A stretch of DNA of 64,000 nt from Aplysia californica (Eukaryota). The stretch's first letter is position 1. Every line of letters starts with the position of its first letter. Made by a program: the position numbers and the translations under genes. The notes beneath the pieces are model-generated. The model searched no databases, was not told the DNA's origin, and was given only the letters and a program-made list of their open reading frames with translations. This document shows positions 36,590-49,681 of this stretch, piece by piece. Location: NCBI RefSeq assembly GCF_000002075.1, contig NW_004797788.1, positions 432,894 through 496,893 of the forward strand, in the 5' to 3' direction.

Positions 36590-37174
36590 TATAGTGCCTT
36601 ATATGTGTGTTACTATAATCTACTACGGCACAATCTGTTCAGTAAATCAGTACATTTTTTTTTTCTCTTCCCATGCAGGTTGTGATTTTGACTACAGCAT
36701 TCTTCCATATCGCCTTTCCAATTCCGTCCAAAAGATTTATTGCGATTGAAATTTTGAAAAGCTGCGAAGTCAGACACACTGATGGGTCTCAGTCTCAGGA
36801 ACTCCAGACATTTGTTTTTTGCCATTCCTTTTGATGATTCAAGCTGTCATCAATATCATTTGTGTGGATACTTTTCTTTTTCTTTTGGGAAATATGACGT
36901 ATTTTCCCTTAGCCTATGTGACGAACAAAGCAAACTTGTTACTCTTTTGAATTTAGGAATCAAATTGCATTGTGGGAAACATTTTGATATATATTATGCT
37001 AAAATGAAGACTGTGTTGATATGAAATAGTTGTGTTTCAAGTTGTTCATTTCATGAAAGCAGAGTGTCTGTGAGGATGTGGGCTATTTTAAGGGTTTACT
37101 TTTTTTTTGGGGGGTGGGGGGGTGGTCTCAAGAAAAGACCCTCTTGCAAGACACCGGTACAGAGGAGAGCTTAA

Positions 37175-37501
37175 CCCTTTGAGCCCGTAGCACGGGTACA
37201 CCGGTGGTGAGCTTCAGCAACAATAGTCCGCAGCACCAGTTCACCAGTGTGAGGAAAGAGCTCTGAATAATGAGGCAGAAAAAGGCAGAAAGTTTCTATC
37301 AGTCCAAACGCTAGTTTCTGTCAATATGCTAGTACGGGGATATGAACATGTCTGCGCCCTTTCACTTATGTTTTGAACGCATTGTTTTTTGTGCCGGTAG
37401 ACTGAGTTTTTTTAATGATGAAGCGCTCTCTCATTGAACCCGAAAGCTCAAGAGGCCAGGATTTGGGTTAAATTAGGATCAAGAGCCCAGGGCTCAAAGG
37501 T
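37175..37501. mobile_element. piggyBac-type MITE
   Basis: TTAA|CCCTTTGAGCCC ... GGGCTCAAAGG, degenerate right TSD. Confidence 0.65.
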
Positions 37502-40263
37502 TTGAAGGAGACTGTCTCAGGCGTGAGGAAAAGATGCCACCCATTGGCCTGAGGGGTTGTAGTGTAATGAGTGAGTGTTCCCTACGAGCAGGGGAGATAC
37601 GCGCTTTGTTGGTGTGACAGAAGTCTACAGTCGAGCAAACACACAGGGAAATCAGCGGGGCGCAGACATCCTTATGTTATACGAATATCGCTATGAGCAT
37701 GTTTTAATACAAAGAATAGTATAATGTATAAGAAAAAAGTTTGGGACATGCAAATCTGTTCATTATTTGAGTGTTTCATGATGTGCGTTTTTCTATGCCA
37801 TATGCATGTTTTTCTGAGCATATTAATATTAACCATGTGCATGCTAGGCTGTATAATTTATATCCCTGGCAGGCTCACGCTGGAAATCCCATTAGTGAGA
37901 AGTGACAGGTCGAGTATTATTCAGAAGCAAACATTTACAAAAGACTGGTTAGTGGCATCAAGAGAGATCTCACAAGGGTCACTGTCTGTCTTTGGAATGG
38001 CAGTTGTTTGATGGTGTAGAAAGGAGAACTGTCCCAAGAGAGGGAAGTGCAGGGGTTGATCAGAGCTCATGATGGAAGCATACAAAGACGACTAAACCAT
38101 GCTTAGTTGGGTTTTTTTCTCTCAATGGTCTTCCAGGGGCTCACTGATAGCTTATTACTGGTGCCATGCTTGTCTATGGTGTGGATGACCTTGGTTTAAT
38201 ATAATCTCCTTCCGATGTATTTTGGACAAGGATGGTCCACTCAGCGTTGTCCTATCAAAAATGGACATTCAGTCTGGGAAAGTCCTGCCTCTCTGACTTT
38301 ACACCGTTTCCTGGGGCTTTAAGCCCCTATCATGCCATTCAGCAAGTCTTTCAATAATAACAGTTAACCTAGACATTGCTGAAATGAGTTGACTGTGGGA
38401 AATACCAAATTCTAAGTCAGGGCTTTGAATAAACCAGGACTTTTTTGTTTTGGTTGGCAATTTGCATGCAGGACTCATGGAAAAAATGACGCAGAAAAAA
38501 AAAGGACAAATGTTTGTCTACAGTTGAACGGACAGCACCTAGTCTGTTCTACATATATGTAATGTGTTGAAAAAAAGTATTGTAAATTACTACACCCCCA
38601 TTGCCCCAATTTAGATAATTTATGAGTAGGGCTTCCCTTTCAAGGCCAACCTGGTCTGAATGGGATATATAACATCTTGGCAGACAGACAGAGATACTCA
38701 ATAGAATAATTTCCTCACCCCTGGAATGGAACCCCAGCTAGAATCCTACTCAGTGCAGGTTGATCCTGACAAACGGAGTCAAACAGCTTGCCTCTTAAAT
38801 TGTTTTATTTGTTTTGTGTAGTACCATTTGCAGCTACGACTATCAAACAGAGAACCATGGAGGCAGAGCTCACTATTAGGTACTTAAGCAGAGAGCACTG
38901 CAAGAATTGTACCCATGCAATTTCACTGCCTTCATTTATTAAAGTCATTCAAAAGACTTCTGCATCTGGATGAAAGGCAAATATAATTATTTTATTTCAC
39001 TCTTCACTCCAATCATAACTAGGGCTACTGTTTACCACACCACTTTCCTGACTCATATATAGAGCCTTTGTCAAAATGCCTGAACACCTCAGTCATTAGT
39101 GAAGATGTTTTTTCGGAATCGTTGACTGCAAAGCACAGCTTAGTTCTCTTTGAAAAAATTTACTTGTGTTATGAAAAGGTTATTCTTGAACTGGAGAACC
39201 TTAAAACATCTTACCTTTTATCCCAAAAATTGATGCTCTGTATCAAACCAGTATTATAGCCCTTGTTTTCCATTTTAATAGAAAAATCACATCATATTTG
39301 TATGATGTGCTTAAAACAGTAGGCATATGCGCTTTTTTAAAAGACCTATACAGATAGATTATCCAAAAGCGATCGGCCAACTGTTATAGTTGTATTGATA
39401 AGGTAACCCATTCAGTTATTAAAGATTAATTAATTATTGCTCTTCTTTGCAAACTTTCACAACAATTGTAATTCACTTTATATACAGCTAGACCTCTGTA
39501 AAATGCGCCCGACTTAAATGTACTCTTGACTAAAGTTCACTTTCTGAAGTCTCGAGTCCTATAGTATTTTTACTCTTTAAATGCCATAATATGTAAAAAC
39601 TTATATAACGTTCACTTTTTTCAAGGGATTTTAGTGATCAAAGCTCCATTTACAATGTAAAAGTGACTTTTTTTTTGTACTCAGAAAAGCAGCATTATCA
39701 GTTGCATTGAGAAGGCGAATTTTTCATCCAAATTTTTTTGCCTCCTTCATCCTTGTGTATGTCAGTTTGTCTCGAACTGATGCCTTGCTTAATTCAGACC
39801 TCTGCATCCTGAAACAAAGAGAGAGTCTGAGTGTGCAACTCTTTCCCACTTGAAACAGTCCTCTTTCACCAGTGTGATTCTTAATCTTAACAGCAACCTT
39901 TCTTCTAATGTCAAGATTGATGCTGAAGTAGCTAATTCCATGATAAACAAAACAAGCTCTGGATTTAGCTGACTTAGAAATTATAGAGTTTGGGCTGTCT
40001 CTGGTACACGCACAGAGTCTAAACTCTGTGTGAATGTAGTGTTTTCATATTACCAACCCTTTTAAGTGAAGATGATTCCTGGGCAGCGTACAAAACACAT
40101 GTTAACGAGCTCAACAGGTTTCACCTCTCCTGTCTGAGAAGAATACGTACTGGGGATTCACCAGAGGGATAAGATCCCAGACACTGAAGTTCTTGAGCGG
40201 GCGAAAGCCCCTGGCCTTGTACCTAATAATTCTGCCACCTGAAGAAAATCCAGCTTGGAATGA

Positions 40264-43005
40264 ATAGGGGTGGGCCACCGTGTGAGGATTAAAAAAACAA
40301 AACGAAATGCAATGCAACTCAAAAATGAAATAGCAAAGGGCAAAATGCTTTATATCAATCCAAGCAAAATTTATTGTGTTTAAAAACCAGTTATAAGCAG
40401 TACAACAGAGATGGAATGAAAATGGTTTTATAGGGTGCTGAAATCAACATGTGGTGAGAAGTGGGCCATGGATGGGCCCCCTGGTGAGAAGTGGGCCATA
40501 GGTGACATCTGTTACCAGGGTTGCCGAAACTCCAAAAAAAGCAAACAATAATAGACTCCTCAGAAGGACGCATAATATATGGAATTTAGCGCAAATTAAG
40601 ACCACCAAAGTGTACAGAGTCAACTTGGAAACAGATGTCACCTCTATGGTTCTTACAATAGTGCCTCTGAATTCTGAATGTGGGTGGGGGTGAAATAGTC
40701 ATTATGGAATCAATATGGACTGAGGAAATGTCTTCCACTGCTGGTATTACAAAGTGTGGACTCTCTTTGCCCTTTTTTGGGGGAAAAAATCACCCCCAAC
40801 ATCCTCTTCGTCTCTTTCTTCGACAACAACCCCAACTTAATAAAACTGGGTGGTTTTTATTGAGAACTCACACACCACGCCACGCTCTGCTGATGTTATC
40901 TGGTCCAACTGCTTATTAGTACCACGACGAGGTCTGATGACTTTTGGGACTTTGTGAACTGTTGGGATTCCTGTTTCGTCAAGATTGAGTATCTGAGCTC
41001 CAGAGACACCCAGGTCACTATCTAGGATCAAAGAGCCTTGAAAAATGTACCCACGGAATGCCTGTTGAAAGCTGTGGCTCCTGTCAATAAGGGCCTCTGG
41101 TTGTCGCACTCTGAGTTGCAGCGATGTCTCCAAATAAAGCCCATGTGCCACTCCTTTCTGGCACATTTTGCATCATCCCATGAAGATGGGTACCGGTACG
41201 AAAGGTCTTAGCTGATTTGCAACAGCGACTTCATAGAAGTTTTCTGCAGTGCAGTTGTCAAACTATGGAATATTTTGGCACATTTCATCATGTACTGCGC
41301 CAATTCAGCCTCCTGTTCTACTGTGGATACTTGACTGTGCCGATAGTTTGGACACAAGTGAACATCATCTTGAAGAGCTTTCTTCACATTGTGTTGAAGG
41401 GTAGTGCGAGCAATGCCGTAAAGGCATGTGACTTCCCTCAACAGCAATCCAATTCTGACAGCTGTCATTGCAACTTTCATTGTATCAGGTAAGGCTGTAC
41501 CTATGCCGGTCTTCCTTAATACGTAGCATTGTCCCTAGAGATTGAACAGGAAAAAAAAAGAATAAAGCATGTAATGCATGTCTTCGGGACGCTGGTTCAC
41601 AAATGCAAAAAAACTAGAAAAAAAAGCGGGTACACAGTGTCACACTAGAGCGCCATATTGAGGGGGGGAAACTCCGGAATGATAGACTACACAGTACTGT
41701 ACTACCCCGAGGTTTGTTTTAAAAGTAGGCTAGATCTAGATCTAGATCTACTTTTAGTCAGGATTTAATAAGTACTATGACTAAATTGGCATGGAAATGT
41801 GTTGAAGATTATTTTTCTACAATTGGGGAGAACTTTGCCCCACGTGGGGAGAACTGGGTCGACGGTGGCCTACTTCTCCCCACTGGTAGTCTAATTATTC
41901 AAATTATTAATAATAATGTATGTTTTCTCTTTTTTTCTACTGGCTAGCATCTGCGTTTGTGGCGGCCGCGACCCGCGATTGCATTTTTCAAAAAGAAAAG
42001 GCTACTTCATAACATAGACGTGTATATTGATAATTTTAAGGTGTCCGTGTATAGTTATTTTCACGCGAAGAATAATAATAAGTACATTGAATACTATTTA
42101 TTATTTTGCGGTTTGTCTTTTATTTTTCCCTCTTTGTTGACGTGTTAATTTTTGGGGGGTCATTTTTCTGATCTGTGTGTGCATTTATATAGCGTAATGT
42201 AATTTAATTTGAAGTTCCTACATAAAAAAAAGTGTAATGTTAGAGCGTGTATCCACCAAAACCGAATACTGACACTGGCAGGCCCCTTGTGTGTGATTCC
42301 ATAATTTACATGTAATATCCCGTCCTTTTTCTTGAATCAAACACGTTTAGGGTTAAAACGGCCAATCTTCGGATAGGTGGACACATGACGCTCTTATTTG
42401 TTACTTTTTGAGGTTGTTAATGTGCGCTGTTCTAATTTTGATTTCATTCTGTTGTGAAACCTTTGTTTTTCACGTTTTTACAATCTATGTGGCTAAATAA
42501 TATTCTGGATGCTTAAAACAGAGCGCAAGAAATTCTGGTGCTTTAGATTAAGTTACCTCTATCAATATAATATTACGTCACCACAGCTAGTTGAAAGCTT
42601 GAAAATTAATGGCAACTTTTTTGGCAACTTTTGCCATTTTTGTGGCAACTTTTGGGGGGGAAAAATGACAACAAACGCAGATGCTTGAACTGGCAGTTAA
42701 AACAGGGAGATCCAATGAAAAATAAGTAATTAGATAAGTTCTTTAACCCTTATTACACTTACCTGATCTGTTTTACTCCTCTCTGTGGTATAGTTTCGAG
42801 TTTCAAAAATTAAGTATTTCAACTTTTTCTAGATGAAAACGTCTCTTCCACTCCTTTCACTCAAACCGCCCTGAAAAAGAAAGGAAGTTGTTTCCTTGTG
42901 CTGGAAACAATTTTTGTTAGTTTTTTTCTTATGTGCAAAATTGCGCTCATGACCTCTAGATTTTGGCTCTTCAGAGGGTGGCCCACTTCTCTCCACTCTC
43001 CCCTA
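40264..43005 (-). mobile_element. Decayed pogo-family DNA transposon (HTH_psq/CENP-B-HTH/DDE transposase pseudogene at about 40830-41530)
   Basis: ORFs 41208..41480 (LREVTCLYGIARTTLQ..EQEAELAQY) and 40837..41166 (ILNLDETG.PTVHK.PKVI..RG.KQ..QITSAERG), frameshifted; terminal and internal GAGAAGTGGGCCA repeats; right end CCCACTTCTCTCCACTCTCCCCTA. Confidence 0.8.
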
Positions 43006-43433
43006 CCATGGTACGAATGTCAAACATAAGGCTCTGCAAAGATAAACGTGCATCTCCTATTCAGAATTGACGTAATATAAATGGGAGGCAGAATGACACG
43101 TGCCCCCTCTCCAGATAAAGACTTCTTCTTTGATCCATCTTGAGTCCGAAGGGATTACCCTTTTATTATATTGTCAGGGGGAAAGTGTTCATTAGGTCTA
43201 GACACTGGTCTTCTTGGACTGTGTATACGGACAAATACAGTAGGGTGGGGGGGGGGGGTAGTTTGTTTTGTGGTTTTTACGGACAGGTGGTCTTTAGAAC
43301 AGGTGTGTATATAAGTACATGTATATAATACAGTCAAAATTGTCCAAGACGGCCAAACACCACCGAAGAGAAAATTAATTTTGTTGTCTTATGCAGGTGA
43401 ACTTCTTGGACATTGACATTAGTAGAAACCTTT

Positions 43434-43533
43434 NNNNNNNNNNNNNNNNNNNNNNNNNNNNNNNNNNNNNNNNNNNNNNNNNNNNNNNNNNNNNNNNNNN
43501 NNNNNNNNNNNNNNNNNNNNNNNNNNNNNNNNN
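43434..43533. other. Assembly gap (100 N)
   Basis: Run of N. Confidence 1.
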
Positions 43534-43967
43534 GTAAAGGGGGGGGGGTAAATGGTCTTTGAAACAGGTGATTGTCTTGGACATGCGCTGATAAAGAGCA
43601 AATTCGCCTGTATAAGAGGTCTATAATATGTTGGTGCCAGCCTACTTATCGCGATACTCCGTTCTAACGTAAGTCCAGCCTGACTGCCAGCGGTCTGTCT
43701 ATGCTGTGTCATTGGACAAATGGTGTAAGGCCAGTAATTAGTGACCCAAACTGAGATGTACTATGATCACGGTTAGAACCGTACTGATTAGAGTTAAGAA
43801 CCAGACTTGCACACCATCAAATTTATTTTTATGATGTTTAAGTTTAACCATAATCATATATACATATAGGCCTAATACTTTAAAGTTAAGGCCTATGTAA
43901 TATCAAGTCACCCCTTTTCTGATCGAAGTGCAGCCTAGAATGAGATGTTATGTCCTTCTTTGAGAGG

Positions 43968-44475
43968 AGCAAACTCATGGCCTTGAGGTTATCATAATGT
44001 GTTCGCCTCTCATTTAATAGGTCCGGGTTTGAATCCGGATAGCGAGGGAAATTTTTCTTCTTCAAAATTGTCTCCTTTCACATCCTGTCCTGCTCTCTAA
44101 CAATATTATGTCGTCTGCTTTCGTATCCACTTTCTGCCCCCACCCCCTTACCTCCTTTGCCCCCTCCTCTAGGCTCCGGACTCTTTCTGCAGCCTTTCTA
44201 CTGCTTCTCCTTGGCTCCTTCTCTAGCTGTCTTTCAGCTAGTACACCCCTGATCTTACATATTATGGTAGGAAAGATCTACACGTAGCCTTCTCGGAGGT
44301 CCCGTGTGCAAGTTACAAGATCCCTTGGTGGTCCAAAATTGAGAGAGTATAGGCTTCGGCTGCCACCCTGACAAAATTCAAAAGTTCATCATTCCAACTG
44401 AAACTGTTTGGTGTGTCCCGCGCGCTCATTCGATCTTAAATTCAGTTGCGAGCGCCGTAAGACACTTACCAAAAA
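43968..44475 (+). mobile_element. tRNA-headed SINE family A, copy 1 (I/Nimb-type tail)
   Basis: B-box-like GGTTTGAATCC, pyrimidine-rich linker, GGTCCCGTGTGCAAG..AGATCCCTTGGTGGTCC core, tail CAGTTGCGAGCGCCGTAAG; homologous to 51605-52120. Confidence 0.85.
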
Positions 44476-45122
44476 AAGAAAAACAAAAAACACACAAAAA
44501 AAACCCACGCACCGGCCCTTGCAACCTTTATAAAAAAAAAATATATATCCCGGCGGCCCGAACAAAAGTTTTTCATCGGCGCGAGAGGAGGTGTAACGTG
44601 AGGTGGAGTTTGGTTTGCTGTCTCACCTGGGCTTCTTCACCAAAAGTTACAACTGCTGACTAAAATTAGAACAAGACATTTTTACAAAGGCAACAAAACA
44701 AACAAAACAGTCCGAAAAAGGGCAAACAGCGAAAACCAAGCTGAAACAAGACCTAACTCGAAAGACAATCTTATTATGGTCTTACTATATCTCTGTATAC
44801 TGTATACTATTATAATAGGCCTACGACTCTGGGAGAACAAATTTGATTGGTGTGTCGATCATGATATAGATCTAGATCTAGGCCTCGATGCCAAGTTTAC
44901 TACTCAGATTGAATAATGTTATAATCAAAGACTCTCTGGCATTCGTCAAAGCTTTGACAGACTCATCACGATTCGCACAAGGCGAAGAGTAAGAAATTGC
45001 ATGTACAAGGTGAAAAACAAACTCATGTGTATTCAGTTGTTTGGCGATGTCAAGTGCTGCATTTCTAAACTAAGCCTGGGAAGTCACAGTTGTCACAAGG
45101 AAATTTAATTCATTTTCTTACA

Positions 45123-47827
45123 ACTTACTTACTTACTTACTTACTTACTACCCATTACGCCATCTGGCGTTTAGGGCAGCAACGTTAAAGGATCTCCAGC
45201 TCTGTCTGTTTTGGGCCATCTTGGTCATCGTTCCCCACGAATGATTCCAGGACTTCATTTCAGACTCTACTGTGCGTCTCCAGGTTACTTAAATTTGGGT
45301 CTGCCCCTTTTGCGACGTCCTCCGGGTGTCCAGTGGAGTGTAGTCTTCACAATAGAGTCTGTTTCTCTTCGCAGAACATGTCCAATCCATCTCCATCTTC
45401 TCCCTTTTATTATGGTAGTCATGTCCTCTTGTTTACATTTACGTAACAGATCTGCGTTGGAGATCTTCTCAGGCCAGAAGATTCTGAGGATTTGACGTAA
45501 GCTGGTTGTATGAAAGGAAGATAGCTTGGCACGGTCATGATCAGTCATCCTCCAGCATTCAGCTCCATATAGGAGTGTGGATAGTACACAGCTGTTATAC
45601 AGCTTTAACTTGGTTTGTATGCTAAATTGTCCTGACTTCCAGATGTTGATCATGCTTCTGTGTACAGATCTTGCCTTGCCGAGTCTGTTCATGGTGTCTT
45701 CCTTTGTGCCGCCGTCAGTTTTGATTATGCTGCCTAGGTAGGTAAATGTGTCTGTTATAGGGAGGTCTGTGTTGTTCACCCAAATCAGCGTTGGGGAGCC
45801 TACATTCAGTGTCATCACTTCTGTCTTCTTCTGGCTTATTCTTAACCCAATCTGGCGTCCGTATAATTTGTGGAGTCGGTTTGTTTTTTCCTGCATGTGC
45901 TGGTTGGTATGGGAGAGTAGTGCAAGGTCGTCGGCAAAGTCAAGATCCTCGAGGGTGGAGAAGAGGGTCCACCTTATGCCTCTTGATGTATCCTCTGTTG
46001 TTTTCCTCATGACCCAGTCAATGGCCAGGTTGAACAGAATTGCTGACATGTTGCATCCTTGTCTAACTTCTGTCTTTACCTCAAAAGCAGTGGTACTGTT
46101 TCCAACAACGCACTTGAAGTTTTGGTAGACGCTCTTGATGACCTCTACTATATTGCAAGGGATTCCATAATATCGTAGAATGTACCAAAGACTTTCTCTC
46201 TGCACACTGTCGAATGCTTTTTCAAAATCAACGAAGTTGGCATAAAGTTGTCTCTGCCATTCCGTACACTGTTCTATTATGTTGCGGAGGGCAAATGTTT
46301 GGTATGTGCATCTTCTTTCTTTGCGGAATCCTGCCTGTTCTTTTCTTAAGCAGCTGTCCACGGCATCCGACATCCGGGGGAACTGATAGCAACGTGATAC
46401 CTCTCCAGTTGTTGCAGTCTCTAAGAGCTCCTTTCTTTGGTACTTTAACAATGACTCCAGTGCTCCAGTCCTCAGGAATCTGCTCTCCCTCCCATATGGT
46501 TTTGAAGAGTGGATGAAGAATGGTGGCAGTCAGTTCTGGGTCTACTTTAAACAATTCAGCGTTCAGGTTGTCCATTCCTGGAGATTTTCTTGATTTCAGG
46601 CTCTTAACAGCTTTTACAATCTCGTGTTTCTGTGGTGGGTCAGAGCTGATATCCAGATCCAAGGTGGCTTCCTGTATGTCTTGGGTATCCTCAGGTGGAG
46701 GTTGGTTTAGGACTTCCCTGAAGTGTTCTGTCCAACGTGCTTCTTGTTCTTCTCGATTGTCAGCAGCTTGCCAGCCTTGTCTTTGATTGGTCCACCCATT
46801 CCATCGTGGTACTTGCCACATATTATTCTTGTGAGCTTGTATACGTTGCCTTGTTCACAGTTAGCAGCTGCCTTCTCTGCCTCAGTTACCAACTTTTCAA
46901 TGGCTTCTCTTTTGTCCTTCCTGACCAGTCTTTTAACTTCCTGACAAGCTTCCTTGTAATCCTCTGCGTACTTTTCCTGTAGCCGTATCGACCTAGCTGC
47001 AAGCTGTCTTTTCTTGATTTCTATCCGTTCTTCAATAGTATTCCAAGTTCCTTGCTGTATCCATTCTTTGCTTGCATTCTTTTTCTTGATACCAAGACAT
47101 GTCTTGCTGCTCTCTGTGTAGGCCTCAACAATATGCTTCCATTGGGTATTGACTTCATCTGTATTGGGGGTGGTTTCTTCCAGGTCTTGTAGAGCTTGAA
47201 ATCTGTTCTTTAGTTCTAGTCGGTAGGCAGATCTCACATTGCCATCACTGAGCTTGTGAACATTAAACCGTGTCTTTGTCGCCTCCCTGCTTAACGTTTT
47301 CTTCAGCTTGAGTTTTATTTTTGCCGTCACTAAATTATGGTGATCGCTGCCGACATCTGCTCCTCTTCTGACTTTCATTCTGCAGGGAACGTCTCCACAT
47401 TCCTCCTTTCAAAAGGTGGTCAATCTGGTTCTTGTCCCGGCCATTTGGAGAATTCCAGGTCAGTTTGTGGATTGTACGGTGTGGGAAAAGGGTTCCGCCT
47501 ATCACCAAGTTGTTCAATGCGCAGAAGTCCACTAGTCTTTCCCCGTTCTCATTTCTTGTACCCGTACCATATTGTCCCATCGTTCTCTCATAATTGGTGT
47601 TGTCCTCCCGTACTTTAGCATTCAGATCGCCCATTACAACGATAAGGTCGTGACGAGGTATATCTGTCAATTCCTTCTGTAGCTGTTCATAAAAATAGTC
47701 CCTGCTTTTATCTTCACTGTCGTTAGAAAGAGCTTAACATTGGATGATGCTTGTGTTGGTGTGCTTTCCCTTCAGTCTCACTGTCATCATTCTGCCGTTG
47801 ATGGGTTTCCACTCCATGAGGCATTTC
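45123..47827 (-). mobile_element. RTE-clade LINE (APE endonuclease plus reverse transcriptase), frameshifted; 5' part lost in a gap
   Basis: ORFs 47335..47670 (VMGDLNA, NQIDH), 46707..47378 (GSDH), 46228..46821 (KSPGMDNL, NWRGITLLS) and 45285..46451 (QAGFR, DFEKAFDS, VRQGC, LDFADD, YLGS, RWRWIGH..GRPK); (TAAG)n tail at 45123-45148. Confidence 0.95.
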
Positions 47828-48678
47828 NNNNNNNNNNNNNNNNNNNNNNNNNNNNNNNNNNNNNNNNNNNNNNNNNNNNNNNNNNNNNNNNNNNNNNNNN
47901 NNNNNNNNNNNNNNNNNNNNNNNNNNNNNNNNNNNNNNNNNNNNNNNNNNNNNNNNNNNNNNNNNNNNNNNNNNNNNNNNNNNNNNNNNNNNNNNNNNNN
48001 NNNNNNNNNNNNNNNNNNNNNNNNNNNNNNNNNNNNNNNNNNNNNNNNNNNNNNNNNNNNNNNNNNNNNNNNNNNNNNNNNNNNNNNNNNNNNNNNNNNN
48101 NNNNNNNNNNNNNNNNNNNNNNNNNNNNNNNNNNNNNNNNNNNNNNNNNNNNNNNNNNNNNNNNNNNNNNNNNNNNNNNNNNNNNNNNNNNNNNNNNNNN
48201 NNNNNNNNNNNNNNNNNNNNNNNNNNNNNNNNNNNNNNNNNNNNNNNNNNNNNNNNNNNNNNNNNNNNNNNNNNNNNNNNNNNNNNNNNNNNNNNNNNNN
48301 NNNNNNNNNNNNNNNNNNNNNNNNNNNNNNNNNNNNNNNNNNNNNNNNNNNNNNNNNNNNNNNNNNNNNNNNNNNNNNNNNNNNNNNNNNNNNNNNNNNN
48401 NNNNNNNNNNNNNNNNNNNNNNNNNNNNNNNNNNNNNNNNNNNNNNNNNNNNNNNNNNNNNNNNNNNNNNNNNNNNNNNNNNNNNNNNNNNNNNNNNNNN
48501 NNNNNNNNNNNNNNNNNNNNNNNNNNNNNNNNNNNNNNNNNNNNNNNNNNNNNNNNNNNNNNNNNNNNNNNNNNNNNNNNNNNNNNNNNNNNNNNNNNNN
48601 NNNNNNNNNNNNNNNNNNNNNNNNNNNNNNNNNNNNNNNNNNNNNNNNNNNNNNNNNNNNNNNNNNNNNNNNNNNNNN
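47828..48678. other. Assembly gap
   Basis: Run of N. Confidence 1.
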
Positions 48679-49333
48679 GGGTGTACACATTCTCGTTCTT
48701 TAGAACATAGATCTGGACTGTCTGCTTGGGCTTCCTGAATATTCTTCTTACAGATATAAAAAAAAATCCTTTATATATTATCTTGATATAAAAATCAAAG
48801 CAATTTGACAAAAGCTATAGGCCTAACAATAATATTAATCATCAGTTTTTCCTTGTTATGAGGGTGAATGCTTAGAAAACCACGACAATAGACGATAGTG
48901 AAAGTAAAAAATGTATACAACTTTATGGCACAACTAATCACCAATGAAACTGCTTATTTGTTTATCTTTAATATTATTAAGGCACCAGATACGAGATATT
49001 CCTGTTCACTGACATCAGTGATCTCCCCTCCCCATAGATCAATCCCCATAGAAGAATAGCCTAGTTGTCGGTCTTGGGAGCTACCCTGCTAAAAATAGAC
49101 TTCCAAGAAAACGGAATTTCCACACTGGGCTTAGCTAGGCCAATGATATTATAGATCTCTTATATTAGTGTTTAGGCTACTCTTTTTTGGTTTCAGTTTC
49201 CATTCTTCAAGACCAGCAAAATGAAAAAAGGACTACAGCGACTAATGAGGAAGTAGATTTCTTCCTGCTGCATTTGGAAAAAATTGAATCTGACTTTGAC
49301 TTGTCTTATTTTTATCTCGCACCTGGTGGCCTG

Positions 49334-49346
49334 GTTACCTGGTAAT
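49334..49346. promoter_or_regulatory. RFX X-box-like motif about 300 bp upstream of the gene 2 ATG
   Basis: GTTACCTGGTAAT versus consensus GTNRCC(N0-3)RGYAAC. Confidence 0.4.
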
Positions 49347-49636
49347 TTCAGAAGACAGTACAGAAGTTCTCTTTTTAGTCAAACGGCCCTTGATCACGGG
49401 TGTTTTCTAAGAAAAGTTTCATGTGCAGACTCGGCTGACTCGAGGTGGTCTAAATTCTAAGTTGTGTCGCCATTATTGTCCTCCTGAGAAAGGTTGGGCC
49501 AGGCTGATGTTTCTGAAACTCCTTAAATTTAGTCTTGTTTCATCCTAATTTTGGATATCCTATCAATGTAACTTCTAATTTGGAATGATAACTCTTTAAA
49601 CTGGACAGACAAGCTACTAACTATCAATCATCATCA

Positions 49637-49681
49637 ATGATGGAGAAGAAGGACACGAACGTGCATTCGACGGAAGGCTCG
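49637..49681 (+). CDS. Gene 2 (unidentified), putative first coding exon (MMEKKDTNVHSTEGS)
   Basis: ATGATG start, TCG|gtaggt phase-0 donor compatible with the exon at 56050; promoter-like context with an X-box-like motif at 49334. Confidence 0.5.

Noticed and set aside
40450-40500. Short direct repeats GGTGAGAAGTGGGCCAT resembling a CRISPR repeat
   Set aside because: Only two units, eukaryotic context, and they match subterminal motifs of the pogo element.
45748-46982. Plus-strand ORFs over the RTE element
   Set aside because: Antisense shadows of the minus-strand retrotransposon ORF.
47723-48811. Long ORFs of 318-362 aa (also those at 21489-21728 and 43375-43712)
   Set aside because: Artefacts of translating through N gaps.
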